Below the pieces are notes generated by a model. That model saw only the letters and a list, made by a program, of their open reading frames with translations. It searched no databases and was not told the DNA's origin. Of a DNA stretch of 50,956 nucleotides, positions 19,201-29,455 are shown piece by piece. Made by a program: the position numbers and the translations under genes. This DNA is from Oscillospiraceae bacterium (GTDB lineage: Bacteria; Bacillota; Clostridia; Oscillospirales; Oscillospiraceae). The stretch is from contig JAGBAT010000001.1 in NCBI GenBank assembly GCA_017938835.1, forward strand, positions 1 to 50,956, read 5' to 3'. The first letter of the stretch is position 1; every line of letters starts with the position of its first letter.

Positions 19201-20184
19201 TTATCGGTGTTTTTTGGTGTATCCGGTAGCAGTATCCACTGTGTTGGGCAGCTCGGTGTCTGATAGATATGCCTCCAGATTCTGCAGGAAAACCTTTACA
19301 ACTGTCTGCGCCATGTGAGGAGAGGCCTCACCGCCGGGCCGCCAGCCCCCGGCGATATGGGGGGTGATGATGAGATTGGGAGCAGTCCACAGCCTATCTT
19401 CAGCAGGCAGAGGCTCCAGATAAGCTACATCTATGGCTGCACTATCCAGCTTGCCGGATACCAGTGCATCATACAGGGCGTCGGGATCCAGCGCGTTTCC
19501 CCGGCCACAATTGATGAGCAGGGCTCCGTCTTTCATGAGACCAATACGGCGGGAATCCATGAACCCTGCCGTTTCAGGGGTGTTGGGCATGATCATTGCC
19601 ACGATATCCGCACGGGGAAGCACCTCGTCAGCCTGTTCCATGCTCACCATTTCGTCTACACCCTCAGGACAAGCAGAGGCGCTGCGGCGTACACCGATGA
19701 CATAAGCACCCAGATCATGCATGCGCTTTGCGTAAGCAGTGCCGATGTTACCGCAGCCAAGAACAACTACAGTAGAATCCATAATGGTTTTGGCCCAGCT
19801 GAGGCGCTTCCAGATGCCTTGCTGCTGATTCCGGGTGTACCCGGGCAGCCGGATGCAAAGTGCGCTTGTGAGAGCGAGCATGAACTCTGCGATAGAATCA
19901 TTGTATGCGCCGGTGCCGTTTGTGAGAAGTATACCGCGGTCCATTAGATGCATATATCCGTCGGTTCCGGCACTGGACAGATGCATCCATTTCAGATTGG
20001 GGGCATGATCCAGCATAGAGGGAGGGATATTGCCGAAGATCACATCTGCGGCGGCCACATCGGCCTGTGTCAATTCTGTACATGTGCGCTGGGTGATCAC
20101 AGTGTCTGGCAGCAGTGTGTGCAGTCTAGCAAGATGCTCATCGGACATGGGGAAATATGTGAGTAAATGATCAATATTTGCCAT
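19201..20184 (-). CDS. NAD-dependent D-2-hydroxyacid dehydrogenase family protein
   Basis: Rossmann motif GCGNIGT and the catalytic region ITPHIAG. GGAGG RBS before ATG 20184. Confidence 0.8.
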   Translation of the reverse strand: MANIDHLLTYFPMSDEHLARLHTLLPDTVITQRTCTELTQADVAAADVIFGNIPPSMLDHAPNLKWMHLSSAGTDGYMHLMDRGILLTNGTGAYNDSIAEFMLALTSALCIRLPGYTRNQQQGIWKRLSWAKTIMDSTVVVLGCGNIGTAYAKRMHDLGAYVIGVRRSASACPEGVDEMVSMEQADEVLPRADIVAMIMPNTPETAGFMDSRRIGLMKDGALLINCGRGNALDPDALYDALVSGKLDSAAIDVAYLEPLPAEDRLWTAPNLIITPHIAGGWRPGGEASPHMAQTVVKVFLQNLEAYLSDTELPNTVDTATGYTKKHR

Positions 20185-20276
20185 AAGAACCTCCAGAATG
20201 GTTGATGCTATTATTATATGGTATAGAAGCAGCGGATTCAATCAAAACAACAGTAATCCTGTTGATAAAAGCCTGC

Positions 20277-20335
20277 AAAAAATCCCCCAAGCTCACTTCA
20301 ATTTCACTGAGCTGAAGTGGTCGGGGGATTTTTGT
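20277..20335 (-). terminator. Long compound terminator hairpin after livF
   Basis: Outer stem AATCCCCC/GGGGGATT and inner stem CACTTCA/TGAAGTG. On the minus strand it is followed by TTTTTT. Confidence 0.75.
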
Positions 20336-21037
20336 TTATGCGCCGAGATAAGCTTTTTTAACTGCGTCGTCATTCAGCAGTTCTGCACCGGCACCGGTGG
20401 TGACAATGCGGCCGGTCTCCAGAACGTAGCCCCGGTCAGCAACGCTCAGAGCCATCTGGGCGTTCTGTTCAACCAACAGGATGGTGGTGCCTGCTTCATG
20501 CAGTTCCTTGATGATGGCGAAGATCTGTTCGATCAGCAGAGGTGCCAGACCCATGGAAGGTTCGTCCAGCATCAGCAGCTGAGGCTTGGACATCAGTGCA
20601 CGGCCCATTGCCAGCATCTGCTGTTCGCCGCCGGACAAAGTGCCTGCGATCTGCTTACGGCGTTCCTTCAGACGGGGGAAACGTTCGTAAACGTCTGCAA
20701 TGCCGTCTGCGATCTCGATGGAGGGGCGGGTGTAAGCGCCCATCTCCAGATTTTCTTCAACGGTCATCTGCAGAAATACGCGGCGGCCTTCGGGAACATG
20801 TGCCAGACCTTTATTGACCACCTTGTGAGCGGGGACACCGTCCAGCTGTTCGCCCAGGAATTCTATGCTGCCTGTCTTGGAGCGCAGCAGACCGGATACA
20901 GTCTGCAGAATCGTGGATTTGCCTGCACCGTTTGCGCCAATCAGAGTGACGACTTCGCCCTGATGTACTTCGAAGGAAACGTCCTTTACGGCGTGGATGC
21001 TGCCATAATATACGTTGATGTTATTAACTTTCAGCAT
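20336..21037 (-). CDS. livF: Branched-chain amino acid ABC transporter ATP-binding protein
   Basis: Walker A GANGAGKST, signature LSGGEQQ, LivF-like length. Confidence 0.9.
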   Translation of the reverse strand: MLKVNNINVYYGSIHAVKDVSFEVHQGEVVTLIGANGAGKSTILQTVSGLLRSKTGSIEFLGEQLDGVPAHKVVNKGLAHVPEGRRVFLQMTVEENLEMGAYTRPSIEIADGIADVYERFPRLKERRKQIAGTLSGGEQQMLAMGRALMSKPQLLMLDEPSMGLAPLLIEQIFAIIKELHEAGTTILLVEQNAQMALSVADRGYVLETGRIVTTGAGAELLNDDAVKKAYLGA

Positions 21038-21040
21038 GCC

Positions 21041-21889
21041 TTATGCCTCCTTCTTCTTGCCCAGATAGGCTTCGATAACAGCCGGGTTGGCCTGAATTTC
21101 TTCTGCAGTACCCTTTGCGATGATCTGACCGAAGTCCAGTACGCAGATGCCTTCACAGATACTCATGACCAGGCTCATATCGTGTTCGATCAGCAGAATT
21201 GCGATTTGGAACATGTCGCGGATGCGGACGATATTTTCCATCAGTTCTGCGGTTTCGGAGGGGTTCATACCTGCGGCAGGTTCATCCAGCAGCAGGAGCT
21301 TGGGGTTGGTAGCCAACGCACGGACGATCTCCAGACGGCGCTGTGCGCCGTAAGGCAGGCTGCCGGCCTTCATATTGGCCATGTCCTGCATATCGAAGAT
21401 GCTCAGAAGCTCCAGAGCACGCTCATGAGCGGCTTTTTCCTGGATCCAGTAGTTGGGCAAGCGGAGAATGCCGGATGCCATAGAGTAAGCATTTGCATTG
21501 TGCAGACCGACCTTGACATTGTCTTCAACGCTCATGTCGCTGAACAGACGAATGTTCTGGAAGGTACGGGCAATGCCCATGCGGTTGATTTGCGCAGAGT
21601 TCTTGCCAGCGGTATCCATGCCGTCCAGCAGGATGGTACCGCGGGTGGGCTGGTAAACCTTGGTCAGCAGGTTGAAAACAGTGGTCTTGCCCGCACCGTT
21701 GGGGCCGATCAGACCTGCGATTTCGGTACGGCCGATGGCGATGTTGAAGTCATCAACTGCGCGCAGGCCGCCAAAGTCGATGCCCAAGTGGCTGCATTCC
21801 AGAATGGGAGACTTGCTTGCATCACGCTCCGGGATGATGGAATGGCTGGGGACGGGAACCATTTTGGGCTTATCAAATTTCTTTGCCAT
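21041..21889 (-). CDS. livG: Branched-chain amino acid ABC transporter ATP-binding protein
   Basis: Walker A GPNGAGKTT and a LivG-type C-terminal extension (EAYLG). Confidence 0.9.
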   Translation of the reverse strand: MAKKFDKPKMVPVPSHSIIPERDASKSPILECSHLGIDFGGLRAVDDFNIAIGRTEIAGLIGPNGAGKTTVFNLLTKVYQPTRGTILLDGMDTAGKNSAQINRMGIARTFQNIRLFSDMSVEDNVKVGLHNANAYSMASGILRLPNYWIQEKAAHERALELLSIFDMQDMANMKAGSLPYGAQRRLEIVRALATNPKLLLLDEPAAGMNPSETAELMENIVRIRDMFQIAILLIEHDMSLVMSICEGICVLDFGQIIAKGTAEEIQANPAVIEAYLGKKKEA

Positions 21890-21890
21890 A

Positions 21891-22961
21891 TTAGTCCATC
21901 TCCTTTCTTCTCTTGGGCAGGATCTTGCTCAGGACGTTCTTGACTGCAGGGGAGTTGGTTGCCAGCATGACAACGATCAGCACGATCGCATAGACCAGCA
22001 TACGCAGGTCGGCGACTTCACGCAGTGCTTCAGGCAGAATATACAGGACAGTTGCGGCAATAATGGAGCCCCAGATATTACCCAGACCGCCCAGAACCAC
22101 GAAGACCAGAACCAAAATGGACTGGTTGAAATCAAACTTGGTTGCCTGCATGGAGGAGAAATTCAGACCATACAGGGCGCCTGCGGCACCAGCCAGTGCA
22201 GCGGAGGTGACGAATGCCATCATTTTGTAGCTGGTGACATTGATGCCTACGCTTTCTGCGGCAATGCGATTGTCGCGGCAGGCCAGGATGGCGCGGCCGG
22301 AGCGGCTGCGTACCAGATTCAGTACGATCACCAGAGTGACCATGACCAGAACGAAGCCGGCGGCAAAGGTAGAGATGGTGTCAACATTCACGGTGCCCTG
22401 CGCACCCTTGACAATGACAGCGCCGTCAGTCAGCATGTGCAGGTCCTCTACGCTCTTGGAACCATTGTAGTTGAAGATGATATGCAGACCTTCGCTGTCG
22501 TGACCGACGATCAGGCAGTTCATCAGTTCCTTGATGATTTCGCCAAATGCCAGAGTGACGATTGCCAGATAGTCACCACGCAGTCGAAGAACGGGGATAC
22601 CGATGACTGCACCTGCGGCACCGGAGCAGACCGCTGCTACGACCATTGCCACAGCCAGACGAATGGGCTCGGAGGGGATGGCGGAGGTCAGGCTCATGGC
22701 TGCGATAACGCCGGTAAAAGCACCAATACTCATAAAGCCTGCATGGCCCAGAGACAGTTCGCCGGAGATGCCGACGACCAGGTTCAGCGCCACTGCCATG
22801 GTGATATAGCTGCAGATGGGAACCAGCATACCCACATGTGCGCGCTTCAGCATGCCCTGATTCATCAGGATAGTGATGACGATGAAAGCGACGATGACGC
22901 CGAAGTATGTAGCGAAGTCGACTTTTGTGGTGGACTTCAGATTTTTGATCTTGTTCAGCAT
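21891..22961 (-). CDS. livM: Branched-chain amino acid ABC transporter permease
   Basis: Multi-TM LivM-like sequence. Start at ATG 22961 with a GAGGTG RBS; the track ORF extends to 22991. Confidence 0.85.
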   Translation of the reverse strand: MLNKIKNLKSTTKVDFATYFGVIVAFIVITILMNQGMLKRAHVGMLVPICSYITMAVALNLVVGISGELSLGHAGFMSIGAFTGVIAAMSLTSAIPSEPIRLAVAMVVAAVCSGAAGAVIGIPVLRLRGDYLAIVTLAFGEIIKELMNCLIVGHDSEGLHIIFNYNGSKSVEDLHMLTDGAVIVKGAQGTVNVDTISTFAAGFVLVMVTLVIVLNLVRSRSGRAILACRDNRIAAESVGINVTSYKMMAFVTSAALAGAAGALYGLNFSSMQATKFDFNQSILVLVFVVLGGLGNIWGSIIAATVLYILPEALREVADLRMLVYAIVLIVVMLATNSPAVKNVLSKILPKRRKEMD

Positions 22962-22971
22962 AGTGGGCACC

Positions 22972-23850
22972 TCAAACTTTCTCGGGTACATACTTGCCCA
23001 GCAGACCTGCGGGACGTACCAGCAGAATGACGATCAGCACACCGAATACGATGGAATTTGCCAGCTGGGTGGAAATGTAGGCCTTTGCCAGAGATTCGAT
23101 GATACCCAGCAGGATGCCGCCCAGAAATGCGCCGGGGATGGAGCCGATACCGCCGAATACTGCAGCGGTGAACGCCTTGATACCGGGCATGGAACCGGTG
23201 GTATTCATCAGGGTGGGGTAGGAGGAGCACAGGAGTACGCCTGCCACAGCGGCCAGTGCGGAACCGATTGCAAAGGTCAGGGAAATAGTGCCGTTGACAT
23301 TGATGCCCATGAGCTGTGCAGCACCCTTGTCTTCGGAACAGGCGCGCATTGCCTTACCCATCTTGGTCTTATCGGTGAACAGAGTCAGTGCGATCATGAT
23401 GACGATGCAGGCTGCAATGGTGACCAGAGAGACATAAGAAATGCTCAGCTGACCGCCGAACAACTTCAGCGTACCGGAAATGATGGGAGTATATACCTTG
23501 GGGGTAGCGCCGAAGATCAGCAGAGCTGCGTTCTGCAGGAAATAGCTGACACCGATTGCGGTGATCAGAACTGCCAGAGAAGTTGCCTGGCGAAGGGGCT
23601 TGTATGCCAGACCTTCGATGACGACACCCAGTACGGTACATACCAGCATCGCCAGCAGCACGGCAATAGGCCAGGGCAGGTCCAGATAACTCATGGCGCA
23701 GAAGGAGATATAGCCGCCGACCATGATGACATCGCCGTGTGCAAAGTTCAGCATTTTTGCAATGCCGTAAACCATGGTGTAGCCCAGAGCGATGATCGCA
23801 TAAACACTGCCTAGGCTGATACCACTGATCAGGTAGGAAAGGAATTCCAT
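22972..23850 (-). CDS. livH: Branched-chain amino acid ABC transporter permease
   Basis: LivH-like N-terminus GISLGSVYAIIALGYTMVYG. Confidence 0.9.
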   Translation of the reverse strand: MEFLSYLISGISLGSVYAIIALGYTMVYGIAKMLNFAHGDVIMVGGYISFCAMSYLDLPWPIAVLLAMLVCTVLGVVIEGLAYKPLRQATSLAVLITAIGVSYFLQNAALLIFGATPKVYTPIISGTLKLFGGQLSISYVSLVTIAACIVIMIALTLFTDKTKMGKAMRACSEDKGAAQLMGINVNGTISLTFAIGSALAAVAGVLLCSSYPTLMNTTGSMPGIKAFTAAVFGGIGSIPGAFLGGILLGIIESLAKAYISTQLANSIVFGVLIVILLVRPAGLLGKYVPEKV

Positions 23851-23956
23851 ATAGTTTTACACCTCTTTTTTTATTGCTATGATGGAAACACAAGTCATAA
23901 ACCGGAGTTTATGACCTCTGGTTCCAGCACAGGAGGGGGGATTAAAAAGCAACTTT

Positions 23957-23983
23957 GGCTGCAGGGAGAGTATCCCTGCAGCC
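23957..23983 (-). terminator. Attenuator hairpin between the SBP gene and livH
   Basis: GGCTGCAGGGA-GAGTA-TCCCTGCAGCC, an 11-bp stem followed on the minus strand by an interrupted T-run. Confidence 0.6.
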
Positions 23984-24022
23984 TTGATTGTCTTTGTGTG
24001 GATTCTTTTGGAAAGATTCCGA

Positions 24023-25180
24023 TTATGCACCTACGTAAACGCCGTTTTCGATGATAACAGCGGTGGGCATCTTGGTGACTTCGCCGGTAGCAGCCCAGGT
24101 CATGTCAGAGCCGGTCAGACCGGTGTAGCTCATGTTAACGATGGTGGACTTCAGAGCTTCGCAGATTTCAGTGTAGCTCATGTCTGCAGTGCAGCCAGCT
24201 TCGTTCAGAGCGTTGTAGATAACATAGATAACGTCATAAGCGTCAGCAGCAAACTGGTTGGGGGTTTCGCCAGCCAGAGCCTGGTACTTAGCAACAAAGT
24301 TCTTGGTCAGTTCGTCTTCTGCGTCAGCAGAGAAGGGAGTCAGCAGCATAACGCCTTCTGCCAGTTCGGTGTTGAAGCCTTCCATGGTCAGAATACCATC
24401 CATACCGTCAACGCCGAAGAATATGGGAGCGTAACCCATAGCATCAGCCTGAGCCAGAATGACGGAAGCGGGCTGGTAGTAAATGGGCAGGAACAGCACA
24501 TCAGCGCCTGCAGCCTGAGCAGCGGTCAGCTGAACGGAGAAGTCGGTAGCGGTGTCCTTGGTGAAGGTGCCTTCGTAAACAACGTTCAGACCTTCGGTAG
24601 CAGCCTGAGCAGCGAAGGTGTCACGGATACCCTGGGAGTAAGCATCATCGTTACGGTAGATAACAGCGATGGTCTTGTCGCCCATGTTTTCCTTGATGTA
24701 GGTTGCGGATGCGGAACCCTGGTTGGGGTCGGTGAAGCAGACCTGGAATACGTTGTCCTTGCCTTCAACAACTTCGGGAGAAGAAGCGGAAGGAGTCAGC
24801 ATAAAGATCTGGTCTTCGTAAGCCTGGGGAGCAACCGCCTGGCCAGCGCCGGAAGTAACGGTACCTGCAAAAATCTGCATGCCGTCGTCGATCAGCTTGT
24901 TGTAAGCGTTCAGAGCAGTTTCGCCGTCAGCGACGTCGTCTTCATACTGCAGTTCCAGCTGAATGCCGCCCAGAGCGTTGACTTCTTCGATAGCGATTTC
25001 CAGACCGTACTTAACTGCCTGGCCGTAAATAGCAGCATCGCCGGTCAGGGGACCGGTGCAGCCAATCTTGAAAGCAGCAGCAGTGTCAGCGGTATCAGCA
25101 TCGTCGGAAGAGCCGCCACCACATGCAACCAGACCGAAGCACAGAACCAGTGCCATCAGCATAGCGATGAGTTTCTTCAT
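24023..25180 (-). CDS. Branched-chain amino acid ABC transporter substrate-binding lipoprotein (LivJ/K-like)
   Basis: Lipobox LVACGG, type I PBP-like sequence, first gene of the liv operon. Confidence 0.85.
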   Translation of the reverse strand: MKKLIAMLMALVLCFGLVACGGGSSDDADTADTAAAFKIGCTGPLTGDAAIYGQAVKYGLEIAIEEVNALGGIQLELQYEDDVADGETALNAYNKLIDDGMQIFAGTVTSGAGQAVAPQAYEDQIFMLTPSASSPEVVEGKDNVFQVCFTDPNQGSASATYIKENMGDKTIAVIYRNDDAYSQGIRDTFAAQAATEGLNVVYEGTFTKDTATDFSVQLTAAQAAGADVLFLPIYYQPASVILAQADAMGYAPIFFGVDGMDGILTMEGFNTELAEGVMLLTPFSADAEDELTKNFVAKYQALAGETPNQFAADAYDVIYVIYNALNEAGCTADMSYTEICEALKSTIVNMSYTGLTGSDMTWAATGEVTKMPTAVIIENGVYVGA

Positions 25181-25267
25181 AATTTTATCCTCCTTTTTTC
25201 TTATTCTTTTCTCAAAACACCGCCAATAATTTAGTGGAGTAAATAAGAAAAGAAAAGCTTATTCAGC

Positions 25268-25296
25268 ATTTTATTCTTTAATAATGTATTTGTCAA
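25268..25296 (-). promoter_or_regulatory. Sigma-70-type promoter TTGACA-17-TAAAAT for the liv operon
   Basis: The minus strand reads TTGACA at 25296-25291 and TAAAAT at 25273-25268, with a 17-nt spacer. Confidence 0.6.
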
Positions 25297-25388
25297 TTGT
25301 AAGGATTTGTCATGGAAAAAGATGTATGATGTTGCACAAACGAAGAGCTGAAAACGCAGAGACTATAGGTAAAAATAACAAGGAAAAT

Positions 25389-25406
25389 TTGTGATAAAAT
25401 TCACAA
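25389..25406. promoter_or_regulatory. Rex / CRP-FNR-type palindromic operator TTGTGATAAAATTCACAA
   Basis: Matches TTGTGAA-N4-TTCACAA at 13 of 14 specified positions, and TGTGA-N6-TCACA exactly. Confidence 0.55.
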
Positions 25407-25457
25407 AATAATGCCTTTTTCAATAAAAATCGACGTTTTTTCGGAGGAAAAGTAAAT

Positions 25458-25501
25458 AAAAAACAAAAAATGGCGGATCCCCGGGTTTTGTGGGATCCGC
25501 C
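25458..25501 (-). terminator. htrA intrinsic terminator
   Basis: GGCGGATCCC-N10-GGGATCCGCC followed on the minus strand by ATTTTTTGTTTTTT. Confidence 0.8.
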
Positions 25502-25608
25502 TGTGCCTACACGGTTTTTGGTGGGAGCGGGAGCGTTTTGTATAAACAGTTCCCGTTCCCGGAGCCATTCGGCTCCAAAAGAGAGGTATAAAAGAGAGAA
25601 GGGGAAAA

Positions 25609-27090
25609 TCAGAAAGCAGAAGCTGTATACCGGCTGTACGATACAGGGCCGGGTTCGGCTGCGGTGTCCGTTTCCGCGGTTTCCGGAATATCTTCGCCAA
25701 GGGTGACCATGATGGTGATATGCTGGTGATTGCGGTATACACCCAGTTCCACAGTGTCACCTGCGTGATAACTGCGGATGGCGGCCTGCAAATCATCCCG
25801 ACCGGCGATCTCCAGATTGTCGAAGCGATAGATCACATCACCTGTCTGTAATCCGGCAATTTCTGCACTGGAACCGGATTCCACATAGCGGACATACGCG
25901 CCTTCCACGCTGTTATAGTATCGGGCTGCACTGGCGGACATCGTCTGGGCATCCACACCCAACTTGGCCTTGCCGGTGACATAGCCATTGGTGATCAGGT
26001 CAGTGGCGATCGAAACCGCATCGTTGATGGGGATGGCAAAACCGAGACCTTCAATGCCTTCATCGGAGTATTTTGCGGTGACGATTCCGATGACCTCGCC
26101 GGTGGTGTCATATACAGGGCCGCCGGAGTTGCCGGAATTGACAGCGGCATCAATTTGGAACATGTTGATGGCAGGAGCGTCTGTCTGCGTGCTGATCAAG
26201 CGATCCATGGCACTGACGGAACCTGTGGTCATGGAGAATTCCAGCTCACCCAACGGATTGCCTACCGCATAAATCTCATCGCCCACATGAATGCTGTCGG
26301 AGTTGCCAAGGGAGGCATGGGTCAAACCGGTGGCTTCCACCTGCAGCACTGCGATGTCATTGTCGGAGTCGCTGCCGACCACTGTTGCTTCATACTGGGT
26401 GCCGTCATAGGTGATGACCTTGGCGGGGCTGTTATATTTTACGGCATATTCCACCACATGGTAGTTGGTGAGCACATAGCCATCCTCTGAGATAAAGAAC
26501 CCTGTACCGGATACAGGCTGAGACACCGTCATGCCAAAATAGTTATGATAGGTGACTTCTGTGGTAATACAGACCACCTGCTGACACGCATTGTCGTAAA
26601 TTTCACCGGGGGTCTTGATGTTGGAAGGAGCGGGCGTGGATGGAACATAGACACCGGACTGGTCATCATCTGCTGTATCATTGGTGCTGTCCTCGGGGGT
26701 TTCGATGACAGTACCGCTGCTATTGTGCATCATCATAGCGGTAATGCCGCTGCCGGCCAGTCCGCCCAGCAGGGCACAGACCATGCACATGCAGATTGCC
26801 TTTGTCCAGAATCCACGGCCAAGGGTCGGGGAAACAGGGGCGGTATTGGGTTTGTCTGCTCCTTCAGGTTGGGGAGCGGACTCCGCTTTCTGTTTGTCCT
26901 TTGTCTTATCCTTGGGTGCCTTCTTTGGGGGATCATAATACCGTGGCATACGGGCTGCTTCATCAGCCGGTTCGACAGAAGCATCACGGTACAGCATTTC
27001 CTTGGATTCAGGACGCACATAGCGGTAAGAGCCGTCGGCGGAAAAATCCCCGCTGTCACGGCTTCGATTTTCATTTTCGTTGTCGTACAT
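25609..27090 (-). CDS. htrA: Membrane-anchored trypsin-like serine protease with PDZ domain (HtrA/DegP family)
   Basis: Catalytic contexts TNYHVV, DNDIAVL and GNSGGPV, plus a C-terminal PDZ-like region. The N-terminus has a disordered region and one TM helix. GGAGG RBS before ATG 27090. Confidence 0.9.
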   Translation of the reverse strand: MYDNENENRSRDSGDFSADGSYRYVRPESKEMLYRDASVEPADEAARMPRYYDPPKKAPKDKTKDKQKAESAPQPEGADKPNTAPVSPTLGRGFWTKAICMCMVCALLGGLAGSGITAMMMHNSSGTVIETPEDSTNDTADDDQSGVYVPSTPAPSNIKTPGEIYDNACQQVVCITTEVTYHNYFGMTVSQPVSGTGFFISEDGYVLTNYHVVEYAVKYNSPAKVITYDGTQYEATVVGSDSDNDIAVLQVEATGLTHASLGNSDSIHVGDEIYAVGNPLGELEFSMTTGSVSAMDRLISTQTDAPAINMFQIDAAVNSGNSGGPVYDTTGEVIGIVTAKYSDEGIEGLGFAIPINDAVSIATDLITNGYVTGKAKLGVDAQTMSASAARYYNSVEGAYVRYVESGSSAEIAGLQTGDVIYRFDNLEIAGRDDLQAAIRSYHAGDTVELGVYRNHQHITIMVTLGEDIPETAETDTAAEPGPVSYSRYTASAF

Positions 27091-27324
27091 AGGAATTCCT
27101 CCAGGCCTCAATAGACTTCATACTGGGAAGTCTTGTCAGTATAGTACCGCATATTTATGTCAAAAGAGTGAACAAATCAAAAAAATTACCGAAATGAACA
27201 AAAAGATTTTGTAAATGGAAGCACGCTTCGCAGCATGGAGGCAAGACAAAATTTAATTTGTTTTCTGGGAGCGTGTATTGCAGGAAAAGCGCTTGGCGAA
27301 ACAGGCTTCCCCGGGAATAGAAGT

Positions 27325-27357
27325 AACCCCATCCGTGTGAGAGTCACGGATGGGGTT
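27325..27357 (-). terminator. 13-bp hairpin downstream of the ABC-2 permease gene
   Basis: AACCCCATCCGTG-TGAGAGT-CACGGATGGGGTT, with a poor T-run. Confidence 0.5.
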
Positions 27358-27403
27358 GGTGCGAGAGTTGGATAGAGATAAGAGATATTGGAAACGACTG
27401 GGA

Positions 27404-29455
27404 TCAGTCGATTACCACGATTTCAGTGGGGCCGTCGGCACCGCCGATAACTCCAACGGAAGATTCCTTCGTGACTTCCATGGTGCTGCGATAGTTGATG
27501 TCTTCTTCGCCATCTGCTTTGTAGCGGCCCAGCTCGTTGTATGCATAGCCTTTGGCAACCATGGAGTCATAAATAACGGCCGGTTCCACCCCATGTTCCT
27601 TCAGGAAAGCCAGGGTGCGTTCTGCATCCAGGGTCAGGTATACCTGAATGTCACGGTAGTTTTTGTAGCTGCTGCTGCGGCCGTTGCCAACGCACTTTTC
27701 ATAGACATTGAAGCCAATGATACAGTTATATTTGTTCAGGGCGTATTCTTTGTTTTCGATGATGTTGTATACGCCCAGATTGCCATCAGCAATATCAGGC
27801 AGAATGCACTCGTTGTACAGCTCGACCATCTCACTGGGGGACAGGTCGCTGAAGTGCAGATTCTCATACGTATCTGCCTCCACATAGTCGATCCAGAAGG
27901 CGTCGATATTGTCTGCTGTGACGGCAAAATCCATGATGAGACGGTCAGCAATGGCCTGATCGGTATTCATCAGGGCCTCCAGTACGCGGATTTCGGAACT
28001 GTCGTTGAGAATCTCGTCGGGTCCGTAGGAGACGCAGTACACGCGCTTCATGGTGCTGCCATCTTTCAGAGTATAGGTCAGGGCGAGGTTCTGACGCTGG
28101 AATCCCGCGGCGGGGTCGTCAAACTGACCGATATAAGCAGCAGCCTCGGGGCTGCCGAATTCCCATTCATGAAAATCCTTGTTGGTGATGATATTCCGAT
28201 GGAGCTGCAGCACCGTGTTGATGTTTTCTTCATCTTCAAAGGTGGCGATATTTTGACCATCGTAGAGGGAGACATAGACGCTTTCTACATCCTCCGCATC
28301 GGGAACTTTCCGCTCGTAGCCGGTCATGTCGTTCTCAATCCCTGTGATGACCAGAATGACGCAGATAGCGTACAGGCCGACGCTCTTCCAGCCGGAGCGG
28401 AAGACGTTTACGGTCTTGGTGATGAGCATTTGTGCAATGAAGTAGCAGGCGGTGCCGCCGATGATCAGAAGAACGGCCAGATAGACTGCTGCCATAGTGC
28501 CGGTGGGGGAGACCTGATAGAGCATCTCTGCCATAAACCACGCGAATACCAGACCGCCGCAGACAGTCATGCAGAGCTTGAAGATAGGCTTGAGAATTTC
28601 GATAGAGATGGTGTCGCCGGCGGTTTCCATGCGGCGGTGCTTGTACAGCTGCATGCCTAGGAACAGGAATACCAGACCCGCTACGGTGTAAGCGGCGAGA
28701 ACGCCCATGCCCTCCATGTGCCAGGTGTAGTCGATCCATTGCTCGGAACTGTCATAGATGGGATCATAATAGAACCCCAGTTCATTCATAATTTTGTAAA
28801 TGGGGGAGAAGATCGCGGTTTTCTCTTCAAAGCCATTGCTCATGCCAAAGACAATCTCCTGCAGCAGGCCATAGACCAGAGCTTCCATGAAAATGGTCAG
28901 GAGATTGAAGATGCAGTAAACGGCGGGGCCTGCCAGGATATTGCCGGTGAGCATGCAGCAAAAAGCTGCCATACCGAAAAAGGCGATGCTGCTCAGCGTG
29001 ATGATCAGCAAAATCAGACCCAGTGCCCCCAGATGTACCTGACCATAAATGGCTTCCACCAGAAGCACCAGTCCCACGATAATGACATTGCAGATAAAGA
29101 AGCCTGCCAGAGCTGCCGCAGAAACGGACAGGAACATGGTCTCGCGTTTGATGGGGAGACTTGCCATCATGCCGGTGTGGCGGGCGTTGTAGAGATAGCT
29201 GAACATCATCGTGGCGGCTATGGGAGCGGCCGCGAAAGTGATGAGGATGGTATTGCTGATCTGGCCCATGAGCTGCAGCAGGGAAGCATAGTAGGGCAAA
29301 TTGGTGGGATACCAGCCTGCTTCCTGCAGGGCGTTGACCAGAGGGATCACCAGCACTGCGCCCATGACGCAGAGATAGCCGGCAAAGATCAGCCAGTATC
29401 GCTGGAGCATATTCTTGAAGATGGTTCGGTCAAACAATGATGTCTTTAACTTCAT
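27404..29455 (-). CDS. ABC-2-type multi-pass membrane protein with a C-terminal extracytoplasmic domain of about 300 aa
   Basis: About 10 hydrophobic helices, then a soluble acidic domain. Start at ATG 29455 with GGAGG 8 nt upstream. Overlaps the ATPase gene. Confidence 0.75.
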   Translation of the reverse strand: MKLKTSLFDRTIFKNMLQRYWLIFAGYLCVMGAVLVIPLVNALQEAGWYPTNLPYYASLLQLMGQISNTILITFAAAPIAATMMFSYLYNARHTGMMASLPIKRETMFLSVSAAALAGFFICNVIIVGLVLLVEAIYGQVHLGALGLILLIITLSSIAFFGMAAFCCMLTGNILAGPAVYCIFNLLTIFMEALVYGLLQEIVFGMSNGFEEKTAIFSPIYKIMNELGFYYDPIYDSSEQWIDYTWHMEGMGVLAAYTVAGLVFLFLGMQLYKHRRMETAGDTISIEILKPIFKLCMTVCGGLVFAWFMAEMLYQVSPTGTMAAVYLAVLLIIGGTACYFIAQMLITKTVNVFRSGWKSVGLYAICVILVITGIENDMTGYERKVPDAEDVESVYVSLYDGQNIATFEDEENINTVLQLHRNIITNKDFHEWEFGSPEAAAYIGQFDDPAAGFQRQNLALTYTLKDGSTMKRVYCVSYGPDEILNDSSEIRVLEALMNTDQAIADRLIMDFAVTADNIDAFWIDYVEADTYENLHFSDLSPSEMVELYNECILPDIADGNLGVYNIIENKEYALNKYNCIIGFNVYEKCVGNGRSSSYKNYRDIQVYLTLDAERTLAFLKEHGVEPAVIYDSMVAKGYAYNELGRYKADGEEDINYRSTMEVTKESSVGVIGGADGPTEIVVID

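Noticed and set aside
25401-25796. Track ORFs 25401-25796 (minus) and 25470-25706 (plus) in the htrA 3-prime region.
   Set aside because: They overlap the htrA C-terminus and its terminator, lack an RBS, and have a Pro/Arg-rich composition typical of out-of-frame reading.
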